In this document: piece after piece, positions 25,185 to 37,467 of the stretch
How positions within the stretch are numbered: the stretch's first letter is position 1
Layout: each line of letters opens with the position of its first letter
Source: Mobula hypostoma
Taxonomy: Eukaryota
DNA length: 64,000 nucleotides
Direction: 5' to 3'
NCBI RefSeq assembly: GCF_963921235.1
Contig: NC_086111.1
Coordinates: forward strand, 57,040,001-57,104,000
Translations under genes and position numbers: made by a program
The notes under the pieces: model-generated
What the model saw: the letters and a program-made list of their open reading frames with translations, nothing else
What the model was told of the DNA's origin: nothing
Database searches by the model: none

Positions 25185-27057
25185 ATCTGTGTTTTGAGAA
25201 TTTATTTTTGCATTTCATTGTTCTATAGGCTTTGCTAATTATTGGATCATTTAAGTGGCAATTTTAGTAAGAACTGGGATTTTTAAACTTACCTATTTCA
25301 ACATTGTTTAAGAATTGCACATTGTGCACTTTTTCTACTGACGTACAACTCCGGTTGAATTAAATTTCATCTGCGCTGTTCCTGGCCATTTTCGTATGAA
25401 TAGAAAAAAGTGGTCGCTGTTGCATGACTCCCAGGGCTCTGACTCTTCCATTACACTGCCTTGCTATTGAGTGCTCAATCAGCGGAATCCAAAACGCAGC
25501 AGAGTTAGCCCAATGTAGCAATTGTAGTATTGATATTATGCATAACTTTCCTGTTATATTAATTTTGAGTTTGAATCTATCTTTATTTTAGCTGTTCAGT
25601 GTTTTAAAAAATACTTTAAAGGCTATTTACTTGGTACCTTAACCGAGAGCTTTTTTGTGAGTTTAGTAAGTTAATTGATTGCAAAAGAGGTCTCATTGTT
25701 TATACTATAATTGGCAAGTTTTCCTGAGGGCAGTTAGGCAGAGGCATGTCAAGCCCATGGAGAGCAGAAGGACCAAGGGAGTGTAGAATTTTGCCTGAGT
25801 TCTGCATTAAGGTGAGGTTAGATTGAAGGTATTAGATAGCTCCAATTGATTAGTGACTCCATGCCTATGAATTCTATCCCCTTTGCAGATGACCACCCAC
25901 ATCTCCCTTTCTAAGTGGCTTCTGTTCCCAGTACTTATTGAGGCCTCCTTTAAGGCCCCAATCTGTAGTGAACAATCTAAGAACCTTTTCTAATTCTGTA
26001 GCACATAATCATTTGTGCACAAATGTTGCCAGTTGCCAAGACTCAGCTTTGTGACACACTGTGAACGTTCTCTGCCTAGATTCAGCCAAGGACTACATCC
26101 ACGTTTTCCACCTGCATCCCGAGATTCCCCAAAATGTTTTTCCTTTGCAATTCACTTGAAAGTCTCCTTGTATTAGATGAAACTCTCACGCGGTGTGAAT
26201 CTTGAAAAGATGAAAATTCACTCACTCATTTCGCAAAAGGTTAATTGCAAAAGGTTTCTATTTGTCAAGCATGAAACATTCCAGCCCTTAACGTATTGGA
26301 GCCAGTCACACAAAAATCATGAAAATTAATAAACTATAAGCAGCATGTTTGTTGTGTTATTTCACTTTTTCTAGCAATTTGGAACAACTCCATTGAATTT
26401 GATTTTGCTTCTGCATGAATAACTCAATAAACTGGGAAATCACATAGACCATTATAAATATACATATTCACCTTATTCTAGAATTCTAAAGGAGAATATC
26501 TAGGTTTCTCCGAACACCAGGCCTGTTCTTGTAAGTTAGACAGAATGATTGTTCACATTATATTTTTAGGATTCATAAATGGTAGATTAAAATATATATA
26601 ATACTTAACATGATTGTACTGTGGATAGCAAGTAACATGGAATCTGCATGAAGTCATCTTCACTTACAATAGTACACATATAGATTGTCCCTGGTATAAT
26701 TACCTGTTTCAAATTACTTATAAAGAAGGCATTCAGTTTCTTCAAAACAAGGAAATATTCTTTTGAGGTGCAGTCCTCTGTCTGCATATAATTACTTCTA
26801 ATAATTTGGGTGGTCCAATTTGCAAGCAAATTAATCTATTGCTGTTTGATATCGTTTTGAAGAATTCCTGTTACATGCTGAAATCAGTGTATAAGTGAAT
26901 TGCTTTCAAATTATAGTCACAAAGCTGGAGAAAAACCTGTAAAATAATTGTCTAAATGATTACAACAGGAATTCTGCAGATGCTGGAAATTCAAGCAACA
27001 TACATCAAAGTTGCTGGTGAACGCAGCAGGCCAAGCAGCATCTATAGGAAGAGGCGC

Positions 27058-27093
27058 AGTCGACGTTTCAGGCCGAGACCCTTCGTCAGGACT
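27058..27093 (-). ncRNA. Minimal hammerhead ribozyme motif (mirror copy)
   Basis: Exact reverse complement of 28425-28460. Confidence 0.8.
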
Positions 27094-27494
27094 AACTGAA
27101 GGAAGAGTGAGTAAGGGATTTGAAAGCTGGAGGGGGAGGGGGAGATGCAAAATGATAGGAGAAGACAGGAGGGGGAGGGATAGAGCCGAGAGCTGGACAG
27201 GTGATAGGCAAAAGGGGATACGAGAGGATCATGGGACAGGAGGTCCGGGAAGAAAGACAAGGGTGGGGGGGGTGACCCAGAGGATGGGCAAGAGGTATAT
27301 TCAGAGGGACAGAGGGAGAAAAAGGAGAGTGAGAGAACAGATGGAGTACGAGGGGGAGGTGGGGCCTTAGCGGAAGTTAGAGAAGTCGATGTTCATGCCA
27401 TCAGGTTGGAGGCCACCCAGACGGAATATAGGGTGTTGTTCCTCCAACCTGAGTGTGGCACTGGGAGATCTTGCTTTCTCTGGTGGACAGAGCG

Positions 27495-28151
27495 TCTGCT
27501 CTCACTCCATCCTCCCACCACCCCACTAGGAATAGGGCTCCCCTGGTCCTCACCTACCACCCCACCAGCCTCCAGGTCCAACATATTATTCTCCGTAACT
27601 TCCGCCACCTCCAACGGGATCCCACCACTAAGCACATCTTTCCCTCCCCCCCCTCTACATTCCGCAGGGATCACTCCCTACACAACTCCCTTGTCCATTC
27701 GTCCCCCCCATCCCTCCCCACTGATCTCCCTCCTGGCACTTATCCGTGTAAGCGGAACAAGTGCTACACATGCCCTTACACTTCCTCCCTTACCACCATT
27801 CAGGGCCCCAAACATTCCTTCCAGGTGAGGCATCACTTCATCTGTGAGTCGACTGGGGTGATATACTGCGTCCGGTGCTCCCGATGTGGCCTTTTATATA
27901 TTGGTGAGACCCGACGCAGACTGGGAGACCGCTTTGCTGAACATCTATGCTCTGTCCGCCAGAGAAAGCAGGATCTCCCAGTGGCCACACATTTTAATTC
28001 CACATCCCATTCCCATTCTGACAAGTCTATCCACGGCCTCCTCTACTGTAAAGATGAAGCCACACTCAGGTTGGAGGAACAACACCTTATATTCCGTCTG
28101 GGTAGCCTCCAACCTGATGGCATGAACATCGACTTCTCTAACTTCCGCTAA
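27495..28151 (+). pseudogene. 5'-truncated Penelope ORF: Cys-rich linker + GIY-YIG endonuclease (open frame, no RT)
   Basis: PLVLTYHP; CKRNKCYTC; GVIYCVRCSRCGLLYIGETRRRLGDRFAEH; VATHFN; LEEQHLIFRLGSLQPDGMN. The first ~14 codons of ORF 27453 come from the inverted arm. Confidence 0.93.
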
Positions 28152-28424
28152 GGCCCCACCTCCCCCTCGTACCCCATCTGTTCTCTCACTCTCCTTTTTC
28201 TCCCTCTGTCCCTCTGAATATACCTCTTGCCCATCCTCTGGGTCACCCCCCCCACCCTTGTCTTTCTTCCTGGACCTCCTGTCCCATGATCCTCTCGTAT
28301 CCCCTTTTGCCTATCACCTGTCCAGCTCTCGGCTCTATCCCTCCCCCTCCTGTCTTCTCCTATCATTTTGCATCTCCCCCTCCCCCTCCAGCTTTCAAAT
28401 CCCTTACTCACTCTTCCTTCAGTT

Positions 28425-28460
28425 AGTCCTGACGAAGGGTCTCGGCCTGAAACGTCGACT
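28425..28460 (+). ncRNA. Minimal type I hammerhead ribozyme motif in pLTR
   Basis: AGTC-CTGACGA-AGG(GTCTCGG)CCT-GAAA-CG-TC-GACT: stem I AGTC/GACT, CUGANGA, stem II, GAAA, palindromic ACGT stem III, GUC site; activity not shown. Confidence 0.8.
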
Positions 28461-28744
28461 GCGCCTCTTCCTATAGATGCTGCTTGGCCTGCTGCGTTCA
28501 CCAGCAACTTTGATGTATGTTGCTTGAATTTCCAGCATCTGCAGAATTCCTGTTGTAATCATTTAGACAATTATTTTACAGGTTTTTCTCCAGCTTTGTG
28601 ACTATAATTTGAAAGCAATTCACTTATACACTGATTTCAGCATGTAACAGGAATTCTTCAAAACGATATCAAACAGCAATAGATTAATTTGCTTGCAAAT
28701 TGGACCACCCAAATTATTAGAAGTAATTAATCATGGGCACACAG

Positions 28745-29600
28745 TTCTCATAGGATTATACAGAAGACAAACAGGCCTGTCTGCTCATTATACCCATGAA
28801 GAACCATCAAGAACACATATATTTATCCCATTTTCCAGTAGTTGTTCCGTGGCTGCTTATGCCTCAATAATTCAAGCACTTATGTAAATACTTCAAAATA
28901 TTGTTAGAATACCTGTCTCCAATGTCTTCTTATGCTGCGCATTCTAGACTATAAGTACCCTCTGGGTGACTTCTAAAACTTCTTAGCCTCACCTTAAATC
29001 TATGCCTTCAGGTCCTGGACACCTCTGTCGAGGGGTGGGGTGGGGTGTGGGAGGTCCTAAAGTTTCTTAATATCCGTCCTATCTATGCAGCTTAGAATTT
29101 TACTGTCTCTTTTTGGTCACCTTTCAGTCTCCTCTGCCTCAAGGAAAACAAACCCAGTCTATCAAAACTCCCCTCATATTGCACTGTGGGCAACATCCTG
29201 ATGAATCTCCTCTGCACTTTCTCCAGTGCACTTACGTTGTGAAAGTATTCCAGCCTAAGAAAACTTTTATAAGCTTGTACTATGATTTTTCTATTTTTAT
29301 TTAATGCCTCAGCTAATGAAGAAAAGCATATTATATGTCTTCATCACTCTAAGTGTACAGTATTCTTCAGGTATCAATTGACTGATACACTAAGGTCTCT
29401 TTGTTCCTCGATGCTACCCAAAGCCTTGTAATTCATGGTATATGTCTCACATCACCCCCTTAAAAGAAGTTGCAGTAATGCATTATCTCACATTTGTCAG
29501 GATTAAATTCCACCTGCCATTGCTCTGCTCAAGTTACGTTCTGATCAATATTATTTTGTGGCTTAAAACTACCCTCCTTACAATAACAACACAACCAATT
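28745..29600 (-). mobile_element. Heavily decayed CR1 3' fragment
   Basis: Patchy reverse-complement similarity to the CR1 3' region (GGGCAACATCCTGATGAATCTCCTCTGCACTTTCTCCAGTG; GGATTAAATTCCACCTGCCA). Confidence 0.65.
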
Positions 29601-29734
29601 TGTTTCCACGTGTTTGCATGTGATCTTATTGGACAAGATCAAAGTGATGTGGTTCAAAGTAATTTTGTCACAAACTAACTAAGACATTCAGTCTGCCATG
29701 GACAGATGCAGCATTTATAAACCATTATACATTA

Positions 29735-32540
29735 AGGCTGAAGAGATTGTGGAAGCATTAGTAACAATCTTTCAAGAATCAATAAATTCTGGCATCGTTC
29801 CAGAAGAATGGAAAATTGTAAATGTCACTCCACACTTTAAGAAGAAAGAAAGGAAACTATAAGCCAGTACATCTGACCTCAGAGTTTGGGAAGATGGATA
29901 AGTAGATTGTTAAGGATGTGGTTTCGGGATACTTGGAGTCACGTGATAAAATAGGCCATAGTCAACATTGTTTCCTCAAGGGAAAATCTTGCCTACCAGA
30001 TCTGTTGGAATTCTTTAAAGAAATAACAAGCAGGATAGACAGAGGAGAATCGGTGGATGTTGTGTACTTCCATTTTCGGAAGACCTTTTGCGAATTGCCA
30101 CACATGAGGCTGCTTAGCAAGTTAAGAGCCTATGGTATTACAGGAAAAATACTAGCATGGATAGAGCATTGGCTGATGGGCAGGAGGCAAAGAGTAGGAA
30201 TGAAGGGAGTCTTTTCTGGTTGGCTGCCTGCGACCACAGTGGTGTTCCACAGGGGTCTGTGTTGGGACCGATTCTTTTCACATTATATGTTATTTGACAT
30301 TGGATTACGGAATTGATAGCTTTGTGGCCAAGTTTGCGGATGATACAAAGATAGGTGGAGGGACAGGTAGTTTTGTGGAAGTAGGCTACAAAAGGACTTA
30401 GACAGATTAAGAGAAATGTGACAGATGGAATACAGTGTTGAGAAGTGTATGTTCAGGCACTTTCATAGAAGAAATAAAAGGGTAGACTATTTTCTAAATG
30501 AAGAGAAAATTCAAAAATTTGAGGTGCAAAGGGACTTGGGAGTCCTTGTGCATGATTCCCTCAAGGTTAATTTGAAGGTTGAGTCAGTGGTGAGGAAAGC
30601 AAATGCAATGATAGCATTCATTTCAAGAGGACTAAAATGCAAAGCAAGGATGTAGTGTTGAGACTTTATAGAACACTGGTGAGGCCTCACTTGGAGTATT
30701 GTGAGTAGTTTTGGGCCACTTATCTGAGAAGGGATGTACTGGCATTGGGGAGGGTTTAAAGGAGGTTCACAAAAGGATTCGGGCAATGAAAGGCTTGTCA
30801 TATGAAACGCGTTTGATGGTTCTGGGCCTGTACTCACTGGAATTTGGAAGAATGGGGAGGGATCTCATTGAAACCTATGGAATGTCCAAAGGCCTTGATA
30901 GAGTGGATGTGCAGAGGATGTTTCCTATGATGGGAGAATCTAAGACCAGAGGATATACTCTCAGAATAGAGGGGTGTCTTTTTAGAATGGAGATGAGGAG
31001 GAATTTCTTTAACCTGAGAATGGTGGATCTGTTTGTGAAATCCACATTCCGGTTCACAGTCCGGTCCATGTTCCTTATACCAGGTGTTCCGGTTTTCCCC
31101 AGTTTCTGTTGAGGCAGCTGATTCTCGTTTGGGCTGGCTTCATAAATTCCTTCAGGATCCAGCCTCTGGCTGCTGGATTGTTCCTGTCCATACCCCTGAA
31201 GCCTTGCCTCGCCTCATCTGAAGCCTCGCCTTGCCATGACTGAAGCCTTGCCTTGTCTGAAGCCTTGTCTCGCCTGTAACCCTCGCCTGCACCGCTGTCA
31301 AGTTCCATCACCGGAGCAAGATAAGGAACTGTCTATTGTTGTTTTGAATTGTCTGTATCCATGCCTTCGCTAGGTATGTCTGGCTGTTTGCCACTACCTA
31401 GTGTTGGGAACGATCTGTATCCATGCCTTCGCTAGGTAGGTCCGGCCGTCTGCAGCTACCTTGTGTTGAGAACCCTCTCATTGTATTCTGTGTTCTGTGT
31501 ATGAGTCCCAGCTCTATGTCCTGTACCCAAGGAGGGTTCACGGCTCTATGTTCTGTGTATGAGTCCCGGTCCTATGTCCTGTTTCCAAGGAGGGGTCCTG
31601 GTTCTGTGTTCCATGTTCCTGTCGCTCCCTCAACAAGGGCTCTGCGTTCCTGATTCTCCCTCAACCAAGTCAAGGCTTCGGGGTCTTGTCCAGTCCTAGC
31701 CACGATCCAAGAACCTTGTTCTGTCCAAGCCGTGGCTTTGTGTTCTTGTCTTGTCCATGTGTCTCACCAAGCCCAGGAGTACCTTGCCCAGCCCGGTGCT
31801 GGAGTTCCCTCGTCCTATCCAGGAGTCTCATGCTCAGTCCTGTTGCCTCTCCTTGTCCTGTAGCCACGTCTTGTTCTGGAGTCCGAGCCCGAGTCAAGTC
31901 CCAGGTTCTGAGTCCCTGCCCAGTCTCTGGTTCGGTGTTCATACCCCAGACTCGAGGAACCCAAACCCCGTCATGTGCTAGCCTTGAAGAAACCCAAGCC
32001 ATGACCAGTCCTGTAACCACGTCATGTCCTCGCCTGGTTCCAGGGTCCGAGCCCGAGTCAAGACCCAGGTTCTGGGTCCTTATACAGTCTCTGGCTCGGA
32101 GTCCAAGCCCAGGCTCCTAGTTCCAATTTCCATGTCCTGGTTCCAATATCCTAGTCAAGTCCTATCCCAGGCCCTGTATCCTTGTCTCGTGCAGGGCCTG
32201 TGTCATGTTCAGCGTCCTTTCTTCCCAACTTCCCTTGCTTCCTTGTCACACCTAGTCCTGTTCCTAGTACTTCAGTGTCTGTGTCTTGCATCTGGGTCCG
32301 CCACAAGTGCCCCCATTATGACAGAATCTGTGGAATTCGTTGCACAGGTGGCTGTGTTTGGCCAAGACATTGGGTATATTTAAGGCAGTGGTTGATAGAT
32401 TCTTGATTGGTCAAGTCATGAAGGGATACGGGGAGAAGGCAGGGTACTGGGGTTGAGAGGAAAAATGGGTCAGCTATGATGAAATGGCAGAACAGACTCG
32501 ATGAGCCTATTTTGCTCGTATACCTTATGGTCTTATATCT
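29735..32540 (+). mobile_element. CR1 LINE 3' half (RT), interrupted by a solo LTR at 31030-32323
   Basis: QHCFLKGKSC..LLEFF..IT..ID.G.SVDVVY; KFADDTK at ~30330; the C-terminal region resumes in register at 32324. Confidence 0.92.
31030..32323 (+). mobile_element. Solo LTR (Gypsy-like, ~1.29 kb)
   Basis: TG...CA termini, clean interruption of CR1, near-TSD GGATC/GAATC, 3' end GTGTCTTGCATCTGGGTCC...TGACA typical of fish Gypsy LTRs; 5' boundary could alternatively be 31034. Confidence 0.78.
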
Positions 32541-32859
32541 ATGCATGTGCTAATGCCTGTATAAAGAAAATGCAGGATTTATCAGTTTAGTTTATGATTA
32601 AGTTATTTCTCTGTAAGTTTAGAAGTACTTCTGACATTTTCTATTTTAGTATCAGGTTCTTGTCATCTGATATATTTCGTACATTAAACCGTTGAGTAGA
32701 CAGTCCTGCAATCGTGGTGCCATTTTACCAGGTCCTTTCATTTGATTGACTGTCCATCAGGGAACAATGCTTGATTCATCAACCTCTCTGGCAATCTGCA
32801 TGCTCTGCATCCAATGTAACAGAATTATTGCGGACAAAGAATCTAAGGGATCCCTGCAA

Positions 32860-33560
32860 AAAGTTTAAAGTCCAAAGTAAATTTATTATCAAACTACATA
32901 CTGTATATGTCACCATAAACAGCCCTGGGATTTATACAGGCAAACACAGTAAATACAAGAAACATAATAGAACACACCCAACAGAGCAGAGTGAAAGAAA
33001 AAAACAACAATAATCAATAAATAAGCAATAAATATCGAGATCATGAGATGAAGAGCCCTTGAAAGTGGGTCCATATGTTGTGGGAACAGTTCAGTGATGG
33101 AGCAAGTGAAACTGAGTGAAGTTATCCTCTCTGGTTCAATAGCCTAATGGTTGAGGGGTAATAACTGTTCCTGAACCTGGAGATATTGGTCCTGAGGCTC
33201 CTTTACCTTCTTCCTGATGGAAGCAGCAAGAAGAGAGTATAGCCTGGATGGCGAGGGGTCACTGATGATAGATGCTGCTTTCCTGCGACAATGCTCCATG
33301 TAGATGTGTGCAGTGGGGGGGGGGGGGCTTTACCCATGATGGATTGGGTTGTATCCACTACTTTGTGTGGCTTTTTCTTTCAAGGGCATTGGTATTTCCA
33401 AACCAGGCCATGATGCAATCAGTCAATATAGTCTCCCACCATATATCTATAGAAGTTTTTCAAAGTTTTAAATGACATACCGGATCTTCGCAAACTTCCA
33501 AGAAAGCAGAAGCATTGCTGTGCTTTCTTTGTAATGCCACTTGCATGCTGGGCCCAGGAG
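32860..33560 (-). mobile_element. Rex1/Babar-like LINE 3' fragment
   Basis: Reverse-complement similarity to 51150-51580; the same tail recurs at 55915-56170. Confidence 0.7.
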
Positions 33561-34974
33561 CATTGAAATATCAATGACCTCTTGATAGATGGTAACCTTT
33601 ATGTACATTGCTACCAGATGATATTGAGGTAATTCCAGCAGTGGCACTAGGACTCTGAGAAATTCGAATGTGCAGCAATGAAATAGGTAAAAATATCAGT
33701 AACAAAAAGCTAGCTAGTAGTAAATGAGATGTAGTTCTCAAAGCCATTATACCTTTAAATCTGAAACCATTCTTTTTTCTTATTAATGACATTCCTATTC
33801 AGATTACTCAAATTGATTTTGTGCCCAGCATCTAACAGAAAAACATTTTCAATTCTCCTAAATATAAACCACCCTAGATATGAATTCTAATGGTTTTATG
33901 CAATAGTTCTCCAAGTCCTTAACTTGGAAATTGGAATTATGATGCAATGGTGCTTGTATTGCTAGATATAAAAAACCTTGATATTTGACCATCTGATGCA
34001 TGACTAGTTTTTTTTTCAAAATACCTTTAAGAGTTGCAGTGATTTTAAAAAAATGAACAGAGTCTACCAAGGTTTGTCAAAAGAGTAAACTAATCATACA
34101 GATAATTTTGTGTTAGATCATTTTATATATTGTATTTTGTATTTTCTTAGAAAGCTGTTCAGCCCATCAAGTCTTTGCTGACTCTCAGACCAAGCCTGTT
34201 AATCCCATTCCACATTTATTTATCAGTAATCTGTATCAGTAACTGCGCTGCTCCACAATGCGCTATATGAGGTCATTCTTGCCCTCAGTCATTAGGCTCC
34301 ATAAGGAGTCAACCTATAGCTGGGGAAGTGATGACCCCTCCTGCTAGACTGTTTGTGGTAACTTATGTTTTATTATTTCTTACTTCTCTTCTAATATTTG
34401 TATATTTGTGTATCTGTGCACTAGTAATACTACTGTGACACTGTAATTTCTTTTGGAGTCAATAAAAGTAATAATCTATCTTTATTAGGTACCCATCAAC
34501 TCTCATAATTCTTCTGTCACCAGTCTATAGTTGGGGTGGAAACACTAATCAATTAACCAGCATGTAATAGTAATGTGTTAAGAAATGAGAGGACCAGAGG
34601 GACATAGGCTGATCCAATGAGATTGTGCAGACTACAGACAGAAGTCAGGATCAAACCCAAGTCACTGGATCAGAGGGGCTGCAGCATTAGCTGCTGTACA
34701 TTGTGCTTTCCTATTGTCCCTGCCTAATCAGGTGCAAATGGACTGAGATGAAAGATGCATGCTTCAAGGATTTTAACAATATAATCAGTCTGACCGATGT
34801 AGAACACCCAATAAGTTGGAGAGTAAATGCCTTAATTTTATTCATTTGCTCATTTTCATTTTCCTTAACCTTTCCAATGCCATTTGCAGTATACTAATGG
34901 CCAAACACACATAACAGCTCTCCAAATTGTTTAATATATGTCTCCTCAATCTTATATGTAACAATTACCTTTTT

Positions 34975-35345
34975 GGGTGGCAGGGTGGAGATACATCTCT
35001 ACCAAAGGAGATCTCATTCTCTCTGCTAGCCTGCAGGTCACCCTCATGCAAGGTGTAGCAACTGCATTGCCCCACGATCAGGGTCACATCAATCCATGAG
35101 AGAAGATGGTGGATGGTCGTATGAGCAGCTGGTGCACATCAGAAGTCCTGGTTACATGACCACTGACACCAGGCAGAAAATTGCCGAAATGTATTGATAA
35201 TGGCTGGGATCACCCATCTTGTAAAGACACTGCCCAGAAGGCGGCAACAGCAAACCACTTCTGTAGAAAACTTTGCCACGAACAATCATGGTTATAGATC
35301 ATAATCGCTTAAGTCATATAACAGGGCACATAATGATGATGGTGA
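34975..35345 (+). mobile_element. SINE with RTE/BovB-type 3' tail
   Basis: GAAGGCGGCAACAGCAAACCACTTCTGTAGAAAACTTTGCC...(TGA)n end; flanked by approximate TSD AATTACCTTTT/AATTACTTTTA. Confidence 0.65.
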
Positions 35346-35944
35346 ATTACTTTTATTTTATATGTAACAATAGCTTTTCTTTAATTAGCAAATTTCTGTT
35401 GTGATAATTACATAGGGGTGTTACCTGGAAGTGATGGTAATTTAACGTGGTTTGGTAGATATCTTAACATGATTACATTATTGACAAGAATTTGATTTGT
35501 TTGTGTTTGTGTACTACATAATGTCCACAATATAGTGTATTTTTCACTTTGACTGATTTGGATTACCTTTATGGGCTTAACTTAAAATTTGTCACACTTC
35601 AGAAGGCATATCTATGAATTACTTTATAACCTGGGATGGTGCAGATAAGATTGTGTTGAAAGGACCCATTTCAAAACATAAACTAGAGCCAACAGTAGAG
35701 GATGAATGCAAGTCATAACTGAATATTTATTATGTATAAACAATAAGAGACATGGGCAAACAGAGATCTTTCCAAATTACAATGACTTTACATTTACTTT
35801 GTTAGATAATGATTCAAGTTGGCAGTAGGTACCACGGAATCCACCAATAAACCTATGAATGACTTATGTTATTGAATAAGCTGAGAGCTAACTTTCAGGA
35901 GGAGTTGCAGCTACCATCCAGGTGTGGTTAGAATGGAAGTACTG

Positions 35945-36370
35945 GCTTGAAGCTTTGTCTGGTGGCTTGGGATAGATCAGCAGATTGAACGGCTTGCCAA
36001 GCCCTGTACGGGATGCCAACACGTCCAGAATATGCCGAGAGCAGTGCCCCTCCATCGCTGGAACTGGCCTGCATTGCCCCAGCAGAGGATTCATGCAGAT
36101 TTTGCCAGACTACTCATGGGCCCATATTTCACGGTAGTAGAGGATGCCAGCTACAAAGTGGCCAGAAGTGTTCCTAATACCCTCTACTGCAGCCTCACTG
36201 TTGACGTGTTGAGAAGCCTCTTCACAAGGACTGGTGTTAGTCAGTGACAACGGACCACAATTTGTGGCAGAACAGTGTCAGTCATTCCTGAAAATGAATG
36301 GAATAAGATGTTAGATCTGCACCGCATACCACCCAGCTACGAATGGCTTAGTGGAAAGGTCTCGCCAATT
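35945..36370 (+). pseudogene. Gypsy integrase fragment
   Basis: PLHRWNWPALPQQRIHADFA...VVEDA.YK...LRSLFTRTG; VSDNGPQF; YHPATNGLVER. Confidence 0.85.
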
Positions 36371-37245
36371 GTTTTTGTCTAATTATAGGTGCTGCTGAAA
36401 AATACAGAATGCTCATTACGGTGGCAGTAAATTTCAATTCTGCAGCTGCTGGGAGTGAATATGGCAGTAGACATACCTATGCATATGCATAGCTTGAGCA
36501 CCCACATTGGTGAAGGGGCAAACACCTGCTTAATGTATGCAAGGTAGATGGATCAAAGTTAATTGCTGATTTGAGGCCAAGGCTTCAGCTAACCCCCTCC
36601 TTTAACCTCACACAGCTGTGTATTTGACCAGTAGGTAGCAAGAAGGAGCTCTCCCATCTGCCGTCCCCACCAGCGTCACTTAAAGGGATCATCACCTTCA
36701 TAGTTAGTTGATGATTGATTTATACTAGCTGTCCCAAGATTTGCACAAGGATTTGGCGCTTTCTAGGTCAGTGTGGAATGACAGACCAGGTGCTGAAGGA
36801 ATTGCCTTTAAGCTTCTACATTATCCTTTTGAGTTGCAATAATGCCCAGACGTTCACTGCATACAGACCCCATTTCTAAGTCATGCTCAGAGTCTGCCTG
36901 AGCTGCTGGCTGTAAGTGTTAAGTCTTCACTAAAATTGTGTATCTTTGCTTTCTCCTGGGAGTTGTCCTTTGGAGAATGTCATGCTGTGAAATGGAGGAG
37001 GGAAAACGCAGAGACTGCTTACGTCATCGACAACTTGTAAAGTTGACGGGATGAGAGAATGGCAAACAATTGTAAAGTGAGAGGCAGAGGAAGGGTGGGA
37101 AGCCATCGTCATCATCATCATCCACGGTCACAGACTCTCTATAGATCACTTCAGTTATGGTTTCCACGTCTTTGAGGAAGAAGGTGATGTAACCAGCCTG
37201 AACCCAACACAGCCTCACTGGTGCTTCCAGCTGTGTAACACCCTC

Positions 37246-37407
37246 TGTTGTGTCTGTTCAACTGCATATCAATTAAATAAAAGCACGCACATGGAGGTGA
37301 GGTTAACTGCTATATTCACTTTGCAGAGAGTGGATGGGTAAGTTATTAATCAATACGTAGTGTTAAGGGGAGTCATTGTGCTAAAAGAAATAAATCCATA
37401 CATTACA
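37246..37407 (-). repeat. 3' LTR of Gypsy element (162 bp)
   Basis: Direct repeat of 41245-41409; adjacent PPT. Confidence 0.9.
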
Positions 37408-37467
37408 GTTCCTCCCCCTTTAGATTAATATGACATAAACTGTTTAACAAGACATTCAATTTCGCTT

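Larger units (their letters stand above)
26789..28729 (+). mobile_element. Young Penelope-like element insertion bounded by 671-bp inverted arms (pLTR + captured flank)
   Basis: 26789-27459 is the reverse complement of 28059-28729 with four substitutions seen by eye; the centre encodes a GIY-YIG endonuclease. Confidence 0.95.

Noticed and set aside
27011-28507. Duplicate 119-aa ORFs (27011-27370 + and 28148-28507 -) and 72/77-aa pairs as a gene pair
   Set aside because: They are by-products of the inverted repeat over a purine/pyrimidine-skewed pLTR; no domain is recognisable
26789-28729. Palindrome as an assembly fold-back artefact
   Set aside because: The arms differ at four positions, have a 599-bp spacer and an extra internal jump; an artefact is disfavoured but not excluded without reads
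31423-32406. Overlapping Ser/Pro/Cys-rich ORFs
   Set aside because: Low-complexity frames inside the solo LTR
37105-37122. Poly-His/Asp coding run
   Set aside because: Short (CAT)n microsatellite; insufficient evidence for a gene
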